Part shown: one piece after another, positions 51,398-61,050 of the stretch
Layout of the letters: every line of letters starts with the position of its first letter
How positions within the stretch are numbered: the first letter of the stretch is position 1
From: an uncultured delta proteobacterium
GTDB taxonomy: Bacteria; Desulfobacterota; Binatia; Binatales; Binataceae
NCBI GenBank assembly: GCA_963724765.1
Contig: CAVRVY010000001.1
Coordinates: 928,001 to 992,000 of the forward strand
DNA length: 64,000 nt
Direction of reading: 5' to 3'
Made by a program: the position numbers and the translations under genes
Notes under the pieces: generated by a model
Seen by the model: only the letters and a program-made list of their open reading frames with translations
Database searches by the model: none
What the model was told of the DNA's origin: nothing

Positions 51398-52198
51398 GTG
51401 ATGGAACTGGTCAGGGCGGAAGGAACGAAGGCGATGTGCAGCCATTGCGGCGAAGAGCACGCCGCTATCGAAACCGAGGAGTGCTTCAACGGTTTCCGCA
51501 CCTTAGGCGACACCCACACCCACAATACCGCCGAGGATTCGGCGGCCTGTGATGCCTACCACGCGACCATGCGCGAGCAAATGGCTGCGAGCGAGGATGC
51601 GGATTATGACGCGGCACAAAAGTTGGCGCGCGAAGCCGCCGATGCCGCCCACCACACAGCGACGGAAGCCAGCGAGGGATGGACGCGCTTGGAAGAGATC
51701 GCTTACGACCTCAGCGTGCTCGGCGATTCGTCGCGGATGGAAGGCAAGAATAATCTCGAAACGATCATCATCCAGACCCTCGCGCGGCTCTCAGTCGAAG
51801 TTTATGACGCCCTCAATGTTTCGCGAATCCTGTTCGTCGGCCCCGGCCCAGGACAGCTCGGCGAGGCGCTCCGGCTGAGCCTGGTGGGCGTGGCGAACAA
51901 GCCAAGTGACGACGACGATGATGACGAACCAAGCAAGAGCGTCGTCGCGGGCCTCACTACTATCCGACCAGTACGAATCGAGAGGAACCTGATAGTCCTC
52001 AGCAACGAACTTTGCGGGCAGCCCATCGAAGACGCCATGTGGACGGTCGCCCATGAACTCGCCCATCTATACCTCGGACACGTCGAGCCCGGCAAAAAGC
52101 TCGACGTGCGCGCGCTAGAACCAGATGCCGATCGGCTCGCGGTGAGTTGGGGGTTCGCGCTGCCCGAATGGAGGCGCAAGAACGAAGATGAAGCGTAG
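51398..52198 (+). CDS. Zinc metallopeptidase (ImmA/IrrE-like C-terminus)
   Basis: TVAHELAHLYLGH...EPDADRLA..WGF. Confidence 0.7.
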   Translation: MMELVRAEGTKAMCSHCGEEHAAIETEECFNGFRTLGDTHTHNTAEDSAACDAYHATMREQMAASEDADYDAAQKLAREAADAAHHTATEASEGWTRLEEIAYDLSVLGDSSRMEGKNNLETIIIQTLARLSVEVYDALNVSRILFVGPGPGQLGEALRLSLVGVANKPSDDDDDDEPSKSVVAGLTTIRPVRIERNLIVLSNELCGQPIEDAMWTVAHELAHLYLGHVEPGKKLDVRALEPDADRLAVSWGFALPEWRRKNEDEA

Positions 52199-52461
52199 CT
52201 ATACGGCGCCGTCGTGATAAGGGCGGCTGTTAGCTAGCTCGCTCGTGCGAGCGGTTGAGATTAAGAAGCGGCGCTGTGTGCTCGCTCGTGCTCCGCAAAG
52301 CTCCGCGTCGCTCGCTATGGGCCACAGGACGGCATTGATCTACGAAACGGTTCATACACCACCACAAATCGTCAACAACGCGTAACAGTTAGTCATCTAG
52401 TCTCCTCTTGTGCTATGGTGGCGGCCATCTTCTACCGGGGTTTGATAGCTGAGGACTGGAA

Positions 52462-52731
52462 ATGGCGGCTACTGCGATCATGTCAACGGGCGTTGTTAAC
52501 GATCTGGAGTCGTGTCGCCACGACGTGCTGAACTTTCTTCAAATTTTATGCTGGCAAATCGCCTCCGTCGAAGTGAAACGCTGGACGGTCGAGGGGATGC
52601 TGCAAGCAGTTCGCAGGTGGGAATCGGTCGCAAGCGATCTCGAAAATCTTGCCGAGGAGATCGCGCATTTCATTGCCAAAAGTGAAGTCGAAGCGAGAGC
52701 GGTTGTGCTCGTGCGCCGCGAGGCAGAGTGA
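52462..52731 (+). CDS. Hypothetical protein
   Basis: GAGGA RBS, 89-aa helical ORF. Confidence 0.4.
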   Translation: MAATAIMSTGVVNDLESCRHDVLNFLQILCWQIASVEVKRWTVEGMLQAVRRWESVASDLENLAEEIAHFIAKSEVEARAVVLVRREAE

Positions 52732-53085
52732 TCAGGGCGCGGATTTGCACAGCGATGTATCTGGCCACCATCGCGGCGGCCGTGGGGGGAACTGGGCGCG
52801 GCTCTGGTGCTCGGGATGCGGCGGACGCGCGCGCTACGGGTGAGAGCGGCGCGGAGCGCGATCTAGCTCCATTCGCTCTAACTGGAACACCCCCATTGGT
52901 CCGAACTGGCGCGGGTTCGGCAACGTCTCCACTTGAGACTAAGCGGGATCGTTTGCTCGCACACCTTCGCCATCATTCGTCGGCGCCTAGAGGCGCGGCG
53001 CTGTCTGCTCGCCCGCCTTCGCCTCCGGCTACGGCGCGCTCGCTATAGGGGGTGTGATCGAGACGCGCGAGTTTTGGCGCATCGC

Positions 53086-53511
53086 CTAATCGCGAATGCC
53101 TGTGCGCGGAAGAAACGCCGCCGGAGTCACGTGGAAGCGTTTCGCCAGTCGGCAAATCTGCCCGACGTTCAACTCGCGCGTGCCGCTCAAGACTTCCGAC
53201 ACGACACTTTGAGCGCCCAGCTCCTCGGCCAGGTCAGCCTGCTTGAGCTTGTGCTCTTCCATCAGGTAGCGCAGCATTTCCGCACCCGATACATCGGGCA
53301 CCTCATAGTGCTCGTCATCATAGGCGCCGATGAGCGCACTCAGAGTCTCGATGAGCCGATAGCGCGGATCATTCGTGTCATCGCCGACTTCATCGAGCAA
53401 CTTGTTAAGCTCCGCGACGGCGGCATCATATTCATGTTCGTCGCGGGGCATCGTATATAATCCAAGAGCCTTCGGATCCTTGATGGTTCGCACAATCGTT
53501 CGCGTTTTCAT
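53086..53511 (-). CDS. higA: HigA-type HTH antitoxin
   Basis: LIGAYDDEHY, LRYLMEEHKLKQADL, VSEVLSGTRELN. Confidence 0.88.
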   Translation of the reverse strand: MKTRTIVRTIKDPKALGLYTMPRDEHEYDAAVAELNKLLDEVGDDTNDPRYRLIETLSALIGAYDDEHYEVPDVSGAEMLRYLMEEHKLKQADLAEELGAQSVVSEVLSGTRELNVGQICRLAKRFHVTPAAFLPRTGIRD

Positions 53512-53606
53512 GTTTCCGATCTCCCTGATGGCCCCCACCCGCGTCGCCCTCCACCCCCACCCAAAGACCCGCCCGGTGGGCCGTCCGCCGGCGCTGCTGG
53601 CGCGGT

Positions 53607-53906
53607 TCATCTCTTCCAGTCTCCCTTGTCGTACTCCGCATGCGTCAGGATGAAGCGTATGTAGAGCCGCTGCCGGTTGAAATGAATCGCCGCCACGACG
53701 CGATAGTTGTTGCCCCCGATATCGAACACATAGAGCGCGCGGCCTTTCACGTGAACCAAATCGACGCTATTGAAGGTCTGCTTTAGTTCGGGAAAATTCG
53801 TATAGGTCCGGGTGCTAACCGCCTTGTACCACGCATTGAGGGGCGCCGCAGCCCTCTGGTGCTCGTCGCTGAACTCCCTGATCGCCCTTCGCGAAATCAC
53901 CCACAT
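53607..53906 (-). CDS. higB: HigB toxin
   Basis: MWVISRRAIREF, VFDIGGNNYRVV, ILTHAEYDK. Confidence 0.9.
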   Translation of the reverse strand: MWVISRRAIREFSDEHQRAAAPLNAWYKAVSTRTYTNFPELKQTFNSVDLVHVKGRALYVFDIGGNNYRVVAAIHFNRQRLYIRFILTHAEYDKGDWKR

Positions 53907-53925
53907 CCGCGCCACACCTGTGCAA

Positions 53926-53954
53926 TTCATATCGCAATCTGCGATATGTGTCAA
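53926..53954 (-). promoter_or_regulatory. higBA promoter with palindromic operator
   Basis: TTGACA-17-TATGAA overlapping CATATCGCA-N3-TGCGATATG. Confidence 0.7.
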
Positions 53955-54107
53955 CCCTTCCGACCTGCACGCGCGCGCGCAAGAACACTCACGCGCATCC
54001 ACGGGCATAAGGCGCGGAATCGTGAATAGAACAGCGCATCACGAAACGGCCAGCTATGCCGTGGGCAGCGCGATTTTATAGTTGATCGCGAACGCAACTA
54101 TCCTTAT

Positions 54108-54136
54108 TAGACATGCCTAAACTGTTTTGCTATACT
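54108..54136 (+). promoter_or_regulatory. Promoter of xis-replication operon
   Basis: TAGACA-17-TATACT with TG extension. Confidence 0.6.
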
Positions 54137-54203
54137 TGTGGTAACAGCGTTCTAGATGGGACTATTTATGGATCAGAAACACACAGCGAGGCTAGGCGGA
54201 CAA

Positions 54204-54416
54204 ATGAAAATGACTGACAGCATCGGCGACAGGCTTCTAGTGCGCCCAATCGTAGCGGCGGGGCTGCTCAGTGTGAGCCGCGCGATGATCTACCAGATGC
54301 TCAAGGAGGGTCGTTTACCCTCTGTGCGCGTAGGAGATCGGGCGATTCGGATCCCGCTCGCCGCGCTTAAGAAGCTCGCAGGCGCGAGCATCGAGTCGAG
54401 CGACGAAGCCGCCTAG
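54204..54416 (+). CDS. Excisionase/AlpA-like HTH protein
   Basis: AAGLLSVSRAMIYQMLKEGRLPSVRVG..IRIP. Confidence 0.8.
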   Translation: MKMTDSIGDRLLVRPIVAAGLLSVSRAMIYQMLKEGRLPSVRVGDRAIRIPLAALKKLAGASIESSDEAA

Positions 54417-54483
54417 GCCCTTAACGCGCGAAAGCCGTGACCCGCCACCACGCAAATCACGGCAATCGCAACGGATCACACCA

Positions 54484-54915
54484 ATGTCAACGAACATCTC
54501 CAATATAGCATCGCTCCCGATCGGACCAATACCCCGACCCACAAACGAGGCGTCTGCACCTGCCCGACTCGACGACACCGATCTCGACTCCGACGGCGAT
54601 CACAGCGATCTCGTCGATGCCATCATCGCCTTCGAGCGCTGGCGTGCGGAATTTCCTCAAACGAAAATGCGCCTCCGGCCGCAGATCGACTTTTTTTGCG
54701 CCGCGTTGTCTTTGCTCAACCGCTTCGAGGCCGGCGACGACGTGCGTGATCCATCGTTCTTCGACTTCAGCGTCCAACGCTTTCGCAGATACGCACAACC
54801 CGAAGTCGTCCGTGATCTCGAAATGGAGTTGCATGCGTCGCGTAGGCTGATCCGGCGGCTTGCCCGGGTCGTCCGACAAGCGCGTGAAGGCAGAGAATTG
54901 GCGGTGCGATCATGA
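54484..54915 (+). CDS. Hypothetical protein
   Basis: ATGA-coupled to next gene. Confidence 0.55.
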   Translation: MSTNISNIASLPIGPIPRPTNEASAPARLDDTDLDSDGDHSDLVDAIIAFERWRAEFPQTKMRLRPQIDFFCAALSLLNRFEAGDDVRDPSFFDFSVQRFRRYAQPEVVRDLEMELHASRRLIRRLARVVRQAREGRELAVRS

Positions 54916-55400
54916 GCGCGCCGGGCACGCTGAATACCGCGCGACCATCCGCCATCGCGATCGACAGCGAATGGTTCGAGCGTCTCGGCCGCCGCTATCT
55001 ATATTGGCGTCGTGCATTTCCACAAACCATCGCTCGGGCTAACCGCCAGGTGTCACTCAAAGTCGCCGCGATCAACTTCTCCCGCTTTCGCGATCATGGG
55101 GGACCGAATCTGACTCCGTGTGATCGCGATGGCGCCGATGCCGACGTGCTGGCGCTCTTTGAGCGTGAATTTCTGCGCAGGGCGACGCCCTACGCGATTA
55201 TCGATCTGATCCGTGAGATCGACGCGCTGCACAACGCGGTGCTCGACCTGGACCCCGCTTTCTGCTGGGAGCCGACGGTGCGCAAGTTCGTAAATAAACT
55301 GAAACGCCATCCTGACAGCGAGAGCGACGAGGGCGAGAGCGAGCAGACAGACGCACTAACTGCGGGCGTCGCAAGGAGTATCGAACTGGCACAACCATGA
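54912..55400 (+). CDS. Hypothetical protein
   Basis: ATGA overlaps on both sides; precedes helicase. Confidence 0.55.
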   Translation: MSAPGTLNTARPSAIAIDSEWFERLGRRYLYWRRAFPQTIARANRQVSLKVAAINFSRFRDHGGPNLTPCDRDGADADVLALFEREFLRRATPYAIIDLIREIDALHNAVLDLDPAFCWEPTVRKFVNKLKRHPDSESDEGESEQTDALTAGVARSIELAQP

Positions 55401-56611
55401 GCGCAACGACAACTGAAAACCCGAACGCACACACCGCGCCTGCGCCCCCTAATCTCGGCAACCGCGCCGATACCATTCGCACCGAGAAGATCGATTGGCT
55501 TCTGCCCGAAATGATTGCGCGCGGACAAGTCAACGAGATCGTCGGTGATCCAGACAAAGGCAAAACGCTTTTCGCCATTGACGTGGCCGCTCACGTCAGC
55601 ACGGGAGCGGCGTGGTCCGACTGGAGCGCATGCCCGCACGGACACGTTCTCTTTTTTTCAGCCGAAGACGATGAGCGCTCAACCTTGGTTCCACGCCTCA
55701 TCGCAGCGGGGGCCGATCTGGCTAATGTAACAATTATCTCGATGTTGCTTGACGACCCGGAAGCCAAGAAGCCTGTGCCCGTCAATTTTCCCGCGCATCT
55801 CGCTCTGTTGGAGAAGGTGATCCGCGCGCTCGCAGTCAAATTAATCATCTTCGACCCGCTAAGCGCTTACGTCTCGTCGAAGCTCGATCTCAACAAGGAA
55901 ACCCAGGCGCGCTTTCTCTACGGCTTAATCGGCGAGATCGCCCGCCGTAATGCTGTTGCGATACTCATTCTCGGGCACCTCAATAAAAACGCCGCCGTCG
56001 GCAACGCTTCGTATCGCACTATTGGCAGCATTGCCCGCACGGCCGCGCCTCGCACCAGCTACCTCGTGGACTTTGATCCCGCTGATCGCGACGCCGATCT
56101 CTCCGAGCGCCGCCGCATAGTCGCGCGCATCAAAAACAACCTGAGCAAGGCTCGTGTGGGCATCACCTTCAAGATTGAGTCCGTCAACGTCACCCTCGAC
56201 ACCGGCGGCACTGCCGACGTTCCGCGCGTCACTTGGACGGGCTCGACCAAATTGACAGCGGACGAAGTATTGAGTTTGGGCGATCCCGCGCGGCGCAAAG
56301 CGGCTTCCGAAATAGACACCGCTCGCGAATTCCTCAAAGCCGCACTCGCGGCCGGCCCGCGCGCCCAAAAGGAGATAGAAGCAAGCGCCAGCGATGCTGG
56401 GATCAGTGAGCGCACTTTGAAACGCGCGCGCAAAGAGCTTGGCGTTGAGTCGCACAAGGACGGCTTAGGGCCTTGGCTGTTGGCGCTGCCCGGCACCCTC
56501 AATGGAAACGGACTGCGCCGCAAGCGCCGACCACGCAAGCGCAATGCGCACCTCCACGTCGTTACCGACTCAAGCGCTGAAGAGGGCCAAACGCCTATGG
56601 CACCCAAGTAA
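55397..56611 (+). CDS. RepA/AAA_25-type SF4 replicative helicase with C-terminal wHTH
   Basis: IDWL, GDPDKGKT, SAEDD, IIFDP, HLNK, KNNL, GISERTLKRA. Confidence 0.85.
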   Translation: MSATTTENPNAHTAPAPPNLGNRADTIRTEKIDWLLPEMIARGQVNEIVGDPDKGKTLFAIDVAAHVSTGAAWSDWSACPHGHVLFFSAEDDERSTLVPRLIAAGADLANVTIISMLLDDPEAKKPVPVNFPAHLALLEKVIRALAVKLIIFDPLSAYVSSKLDLNKETQARFLYGLIGEIARRNAVAILILGHLNKNAAVGNASYRTIGSIARTAAPRTSYLVDFDPADRDADLSERRRIVARIKNNLSKARVGITFKIESVNVTLDTGGTADVPRVTWTGSTKLTADEVLSLGDPARRKAASEIDTAREFLKAALAAGPRAQKEIEASASDAGISERTLKRARKELGVESHKDGLGPWLLALPGTLNGNGLRRKRRPRKRNAHLHVVTDSSAEEGQTPMAPK

Positions 56612-56785
56612 ATGGCCCCCTTCACAAAATATACATATATATCAAGGGTTTTATTGAAGAGTGCCAGTGGCCCCCTTCGACCAACTTTGGCCCTCTTTGA
56701 AGGGGGCCAACTAACCCTTGAAGGGGGCCAAGCGTCCTCTTCACAAAACCCTTTGTTTTTAACGGCTTTTCCCGAAGAGGGCCAA
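56579..56785. repeat. Iteron-like origin: 8 copies of GAAG(A/G)GGGCCA(A) in both orientations
   Basis: Forward 56579, 56656 (variant), 56699, 56720, 56774; reverse 56613, 56668, 56687; AT-rich tract 56626-56655. Confidence 0.75.
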
Positions 56786-56795
56786 GTGTGCTCGG

Positions 56796-57200
56796 GTGTC
56801 TAGGAGCTACGAGTTGAAGCAGCAACGGTCCCTGTTAGTCCTCGACGCCGGAACCGACCCCGAGAGCCGCGCGCTCGTCTTCCACTTGCTCGCCGACGAA
56901 GCCAAGCGCTCGGCGCGCCGTCTTGAAAACGGCAAGTGGGAAGCCTCGATCCCCGTGCCGTCGTCCGACACCAGCGGCAACGAGATTCGCGTCTATGCCC
57001 GCACGCGGCGCGACCTCGAAACCTCTATCGACCGCCTGATGAGCGGCTTCGTCGATCCCGCGACCGCGCGCGCACTTTACGGCTACTTCGCAGCTTTGAG
57101 GCGGCGCGGTGAGCTGGGCGGACTGGAGATCGCCGGCGACATGATCGCCCCGGACGGCACGATCACCAACATCGACGCGAAGAGCGAGGAGATCCAGTAA
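56796..57200 (+). CDS. Hypothetical protein
   Basis: 134-aa ORF after origin. Confidence 0.55.
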   Translation: MSRSYELKQQRSLLVLDAGTDPESRALVFHLLADEAKRSARRLENGKWEASIPVPSSDTSGNEIRVYARTRRDLETSIDRLMSGFVDPATARALYGYFAALRRRGELGGLEIAGDMIAPDGTITNIDAKSEEIQ

Positions 57201-57203
57201 TCG

Positions 57204-57530
57204 ATGCCCACGTTCATTTTCGAGGACTCACATTATCGCGACCTCGGCGATCTGGTTCTCGGCATCCGTGGCGCCCGCGCCGCGTTCGAGGCGGCCCAAG
57301 GCAGGATCGCGGCGTGGGAGTGGGAGTCCTTCGCGCGTGAGATTCATCGCGCCGAGCGCGCCGGTGCTCCGCTGCGCACGCTGATCGACGAGGCCGAGTC
57401 CTGGGCCGCGGGTTGGTGGCGGCGGGCGAACGCGCGCACGCACCACGCGAGCCCAAAACTCGCAATGCTCCATGCGAGCCCTTATGTGAGCGAGCAACCG
57501 AAGGTTGCGAGCGACCAAACCGCCGATTGA
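57204..57530 (+). CDS. Hypothetical protein
   Basis: Coupled ORF; GAGGAG upstream. Confidence 0.5.
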   Translation: MPTFIFEDSHYRDLGDLVLGIRGARAAFEAAQGRIAAWEWESFAREIHRAERAGAPLRTLIDEAESWAAGWWRRANARTHHASPKLAMLHASPYVSEQPKVASDQTAD

Positions 57531-57676
57531 TCTGAGGTAGGTGAATGGAAGATCCGGTGAACAGCACGACGAGCGCTCTGCATTATCCCGACAGGGAGCC
57601 TCGAAATCTGGCTAGGCAGTCGGCCCGGTTTGGTGGGAGGCTGGCGAATCCCGAATTGGAGGAGCTAGCCAGGACC

Positions 57677-58363
57677 ATGACGCTTCAAGTCGCGCTGATC
57701 GGAAGTGATGGATGGGTGCTTGCCAGCGATAAGCATCTTTTCGGACTCGATCCCACTCGGAGTGGAGGCGTTACCGAATATGATTCCGAGATGATGCCCG
57801 GCCACAGCAAGATCAGGTTTAGAAAAGAAGAGCGGCTAATTTGGGCTTTTTCCGGGAACGTTGACGTTTCCTACCAGGCGGGTATTCGGCTCCAACGGTC
57901 CGCAAAAGGAATCTCGCCCCAAGATCGCGAAGAAGCTTTGAACGAGATTGGGCGGGAAGTAGCAATAGAGTACCCCAGTCAAATGGAAAGTGGGCACGGC
58001 GGTACGCTTTTAGTCATCTTCTGCTCACCGAAAACGGACCTATGGACACTCCGTATTGGCAGCGGGCCGACGCCAAGCAATTCCTTTGCTTTCGGCGGCG
58101 CTGGTAACAGGGCAAAGTTTTTGGTCGAACGCCTCTATGAACGAAGACCTGTAGCCGACCTCAAGTTACTTGCGGTCCTCACGATCATCGAAGGACATCA
58201 CTTCAACCCTTCGACAGTGAACGGACTGGAACTTTGGTACGCAGAGAAGGGCAATATCACGCAAGCCAAGCGCCGCGAACTGGCGGGCCTAAAGAAACAC
58301 GCTGCTCTTTTCAACGCGGAGTTGCGGCAGAGATTGTTCGCCCCTTCACCTAAACGCAACTGA
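57677..58363 (+). CDS. Proteasome-beta/HslV-like Ntn-hydrolase
   Basis: M-TLQVALIGSDGWVLASD, SKI, AFSG, AFGGAG; RBS-like AGGA before ATG 57677. Confidence 0.65.
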   Translation: MTLQVALIGSDGWVLASDKHLFGLDPTRSGGVTEYDSEMMPGHSKIRFRKEERLIWAFSGNVDVSYQAGIRLQRSAKGISPQDREEALNEIGREVAIEYPSQMESGHGGTLLVIFCSPKTDLWTLRIGSGPTPSNSFAFGGAGNRAKFLVERLYERRPVADLKLLAVLTIIEGHHFNPSTVNGLELWYAEKGNITQAKRRELAGLKKHAALFNAELRQRLFAPSPKRN

Positions 58364-58367
58364 TCGA

Positions 58368-58667
58368 ATGAGAAGGCGAATGCGCAAAACTACATCCCCA
58401 TCATCCCCATCATCGTCATCATCGCCGCGCGCGCCAGGCGTCAATCGCTACGGGCGCTCCGGCCTCGACTCACAGCAATTTCACACTGGCCCGATAGCCT
58501 CGAAAGCCGCCGCCGTCAAAACATCCGCGATGCGCGCGCGCCGTCAGATTCATCGACACGGCCATTGCCCGCGCTGCGACGCGCGCCTGGTCGGCGGAAA
58601 GTGTCCGAGTTGCGGTGCTGACCCGCGCTACGACTTTGACGACGGCGCCACCGATTGGGGCGAATAG
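58368..58667 (+). CDS. Small basic protein with C-terminal Zn finger
   Basis: CPRCD...CPSCG. Confidence 0.5.
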   Translation: MRRRMRKTTSPSSPSSSSSPRAPGVNRYGRSGLDSQQFHTGPIASKAAAVKTSAMRARRQIHRHGHCPRCDARLVGGKCPSCGADPRYDFDDGATDWGE

Positions 58668-58699
58668 CCTGATAAGCGAGTCGAAAGGAGTAATCGACA

Positions 58700-61012
58700 A
58701 TGAGTGACGGAATCGAAGTACGCATCAGCCCCGCCAGCGGCAAGCGTTTGGCCGAACCCTCGTCAAGCTTCAGCGACCGCTTCACGGGTGCGCAGCAGCG
58801 ATTCGCCGCGCCTGGTCTTGGCCAGCGCTCCGAGATAGCCGTCGAGAAAAAAATCGCCGAGTCGCAGATCGCACTCGTCGCCGAGTTGAAAAGGCTGCGC
58901 ACGGCGATGCGCACCGCCGCGCCGGGCACCGAGGCGCGGCGGATCCTCGAAGCGCGCCGCAACGATCTCTACGCGCAACAAGCGCGCAGCATGAGCGTGG
59001 CATTCGCCGCCGATCCCCGCTGGGCATCGCACGAAGCCGAAGTAGCGAAGGCGCTCCCTCGCCGTGGCGCCGCCATCGCGCGCGGGATGGGACGCTCAGC
59101 ACTCAGCACGGGAATCGGCGCCGGTGCGCTTGGCGTCGGCCTCGCATCGGCCGCATGGAGCGGGCAAAGCGGCCTCGGTGTCGCGCTGATCGGCGCCGAC
59201 CTGGGTATGCGTGCGGGCGTCCCTCTGGCGCGCGGCGCCTGGAGTCTCGGCCGGAGCGCGATCGGCGCCGCGTTTGGCGCCGGAGCCGGTGAAGCTGGTG
59301 GGGCCGTGGCTGGTGCCGCTGGTGAAGCCGTCACGGCCGGGGCAGTCGCGGAGACTGCCGGCGGAGTCCTCGCCGCGCTCGGCGGGTGGCCCGTAATCGT
59401 GACCGCCATCACCGCCGCCCTCGGTGTTGGCGCTTACGAGTACGTCAAAAATCGCGGCGCGGTGAATCGCACCCTAAGCGGCGCAGCGGGCGATGTGATG
59501 GGACTGCCCAAAGACGCCGTTTCTCTCGCACTGGCGCGCGGCTACGGCGCGACCGAGGCGACGCGTCAGGCTACCGCCTTCAGATTCGCGCGCTCTTTCC
59601 AAGATAGCGGCATGTCGATGGTTGGCGCCTCGACGGGAGGGCGCTGGTCGGCGTTGGGCCTCACCGCTTCTGAATCGACCGCGATGCTCGGATCCTCACG
59701 CGAGCTTGCGGGCAGCGACATTCTCAGCAACACGAAAGCCTACCGCTCGCTACGGATGGGCGTCTACGCGGGATTGACTAATGAGCAGAACGTCGCCGCC
59801 ACGGGCGGTTTCGCGCGTCTCGGCGCTGACTCCGAGGCGTCGATCAAAATCATAACCGAGGGCGTCTTGCGCGCTAACGAGCGCGGTTTGCAAGGCGAAG
59901 TTCTGAAAGCGCAGCTCGACTATCTGCGCACCCAAAGCCAGAGCACCGTCATTCAGAATCCGACTGCCGCCGTCGCCGGAGTCAGCGCTCTCGCGTCGAT
60001 GTTCCAGGCTTCGCGCATTCCCTCGCTACGCGGCGCGGGTGCGATCGGTGCGATCCGGTCGATCGGCGCCGCCTTCGATTCGTCATCGCTGTTCGACGAA
60101 AGCGCACTCGGCAAATCAGTCACCATGATGGGCCAAGCGCGCCTGCTCGCCGCTTCCTCATCCGCCAGGCACTTCACCGGCTACAGCGATGCGGAAGTCG
60201 CGAAGATGAGCCCCGCCCAGCGCATGACCATCGGCTTGCGAGTGATGGATCGCGGCTTCACCAACACCGGACCCGATCTCAGTCTCTTCCTGAAGAATGC
60301 GATCGCGCCGACGCTCCAGACCGCGAAAACCAATCCGTTGTTGCTCGATGCGGTCGAAAAGGCGTGGGGACTCGCGCGCGGCCAGGCAACCGATCGCATG
60401 CTCACCAACAAGATGCTGCCCGAGGCGATGACCGGCAACTACACGGCCTTCGACGCCGACCTCGCGAAGGTGAAGCTCCGCGCCAAAGGAATGATCGCGC
60501 CCGGCGCCGCCGCTGAAGCGCGCCTCTCCCACACCGAAGCGCGCACCGGCGAGAAAACGATGTCCACCTACATCAAGAGTTTGGATCTCGTCGAAAAAAA
60601 GGCGCTCGACGTGATGAACACGTACCTTGACGGCGGCACCGCACCCGATGGCACGCCACTCCCCGGCGGTGCGGCGGGCGCGCGCTTACGTAATACGCTC
60701 AAGGGCACCGGAGCGATGTCCTCGCTGCCGTCTCCGGCCCCGACTCCTACTGCATCGCGCTATGGTGCGTCGGCCGCCGGGGCTCCGATAAGCGGACCAG
60801 GTGCGCTTAGCGGCATAGCGGACGCGATCATCTGGGGCGTTAGAGCGATGATCGCCGATCTCGACAAGCTAGTGGCCTATGCCGAGCATCCGCCGGCGCC
60901 CGGTGCGCCCGTCGCTTACGCGCCCACGCCGCCGCTCCCGCCGTCGCATCCCGCAGTTCACGCATCGCCGGCCCACGGCGCGGTTGTCCCGCCCGGCCAC
61001 ACGCATCGCTAA
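58700..61012 (+). CDS. Tape-measure-like protein
   Basis: 770 aa, Ala/Gly-rich helical, LGGWPVIVTAITAALGVGAYEYVKN motif, AAGGAG RBS, followed by hub-like gene. Confidence 0.65.
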   Translation: MSDGIEVRISPASGKRLAEPSSSFSDRFTGAQQRFAAPGLGQRSEIAVEKKIAESQIALVAELKRLRTAMRTAAPGTEARRILEARRNDLYAQQARSMSVAFAADPRWASHEAEVAKALPRRGAAIARGMGRSALSTGIGAGALGVGLASAAWSGQSGLGVALIGADLGMRAGVPLARGAWSLGRSAIGAAFGAGAGEAGGAVAGAAGEAVTAGAVAETAGGVLAALGGWPVIVTAITAALGVGAYEYVKNRGAVNRTLSGAAGDVMGLPKDAVSLALARGYGATEATRQATAFRFARSFQDSGMSMVGASTGGRWSALGLTASESTAMLGSSRELAGSDILSNTKAYRSLRMGVYAGLTNEQNVAATGGFARLGADSEASIKIITEGVLRANERGLQGEVLKAQLDYLRTQSQSTVIQNPTAAVAGVSALASMFQASRIPSLRGAGAIGAIRSIGAAFDSSSLFDESALGKSVTMMGQARLLAASSSARHFTGYSDAEVAKMSPAQRMTIGLRVMDRGFTNTGPDLSLFLKNAIAPTLQTAKTNPLLLDAVEKAWGLARGQATDRMLTNKMLPEAMTGNYTAFDADLAKVKLRAKGMIAPGAAAEARLSHTEARTGEKTMSTYIKSLDLVEKKALDVMNTYLDGGTAPDGTPLPGGAAGARLRNTLKGTGAMSSLPSPAPTPTASRYGASAAGAPISGPGALSGIADAIIWGVRAMIADLDKLVAYAEHPPAPGAPVAYAPTPPLPPSHPAVHASPAHGAVVPPGHTHR

Positions 61013-61050
61013 ATCGCCAACCCACCAATCACGTCACGTCGAGGTAACCG

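Noticed and set aside
52200-53048. GCTCGCTCGTGC repeat and 106-aa ORF
   Set aside because: Short GC-rich repeat and low-complexity ORF; could be chance
56579-56785. CRISPR array
   Set aside because: Repeats are 11-12 bp, mixed orientation and irregularly spaced; no cas genes
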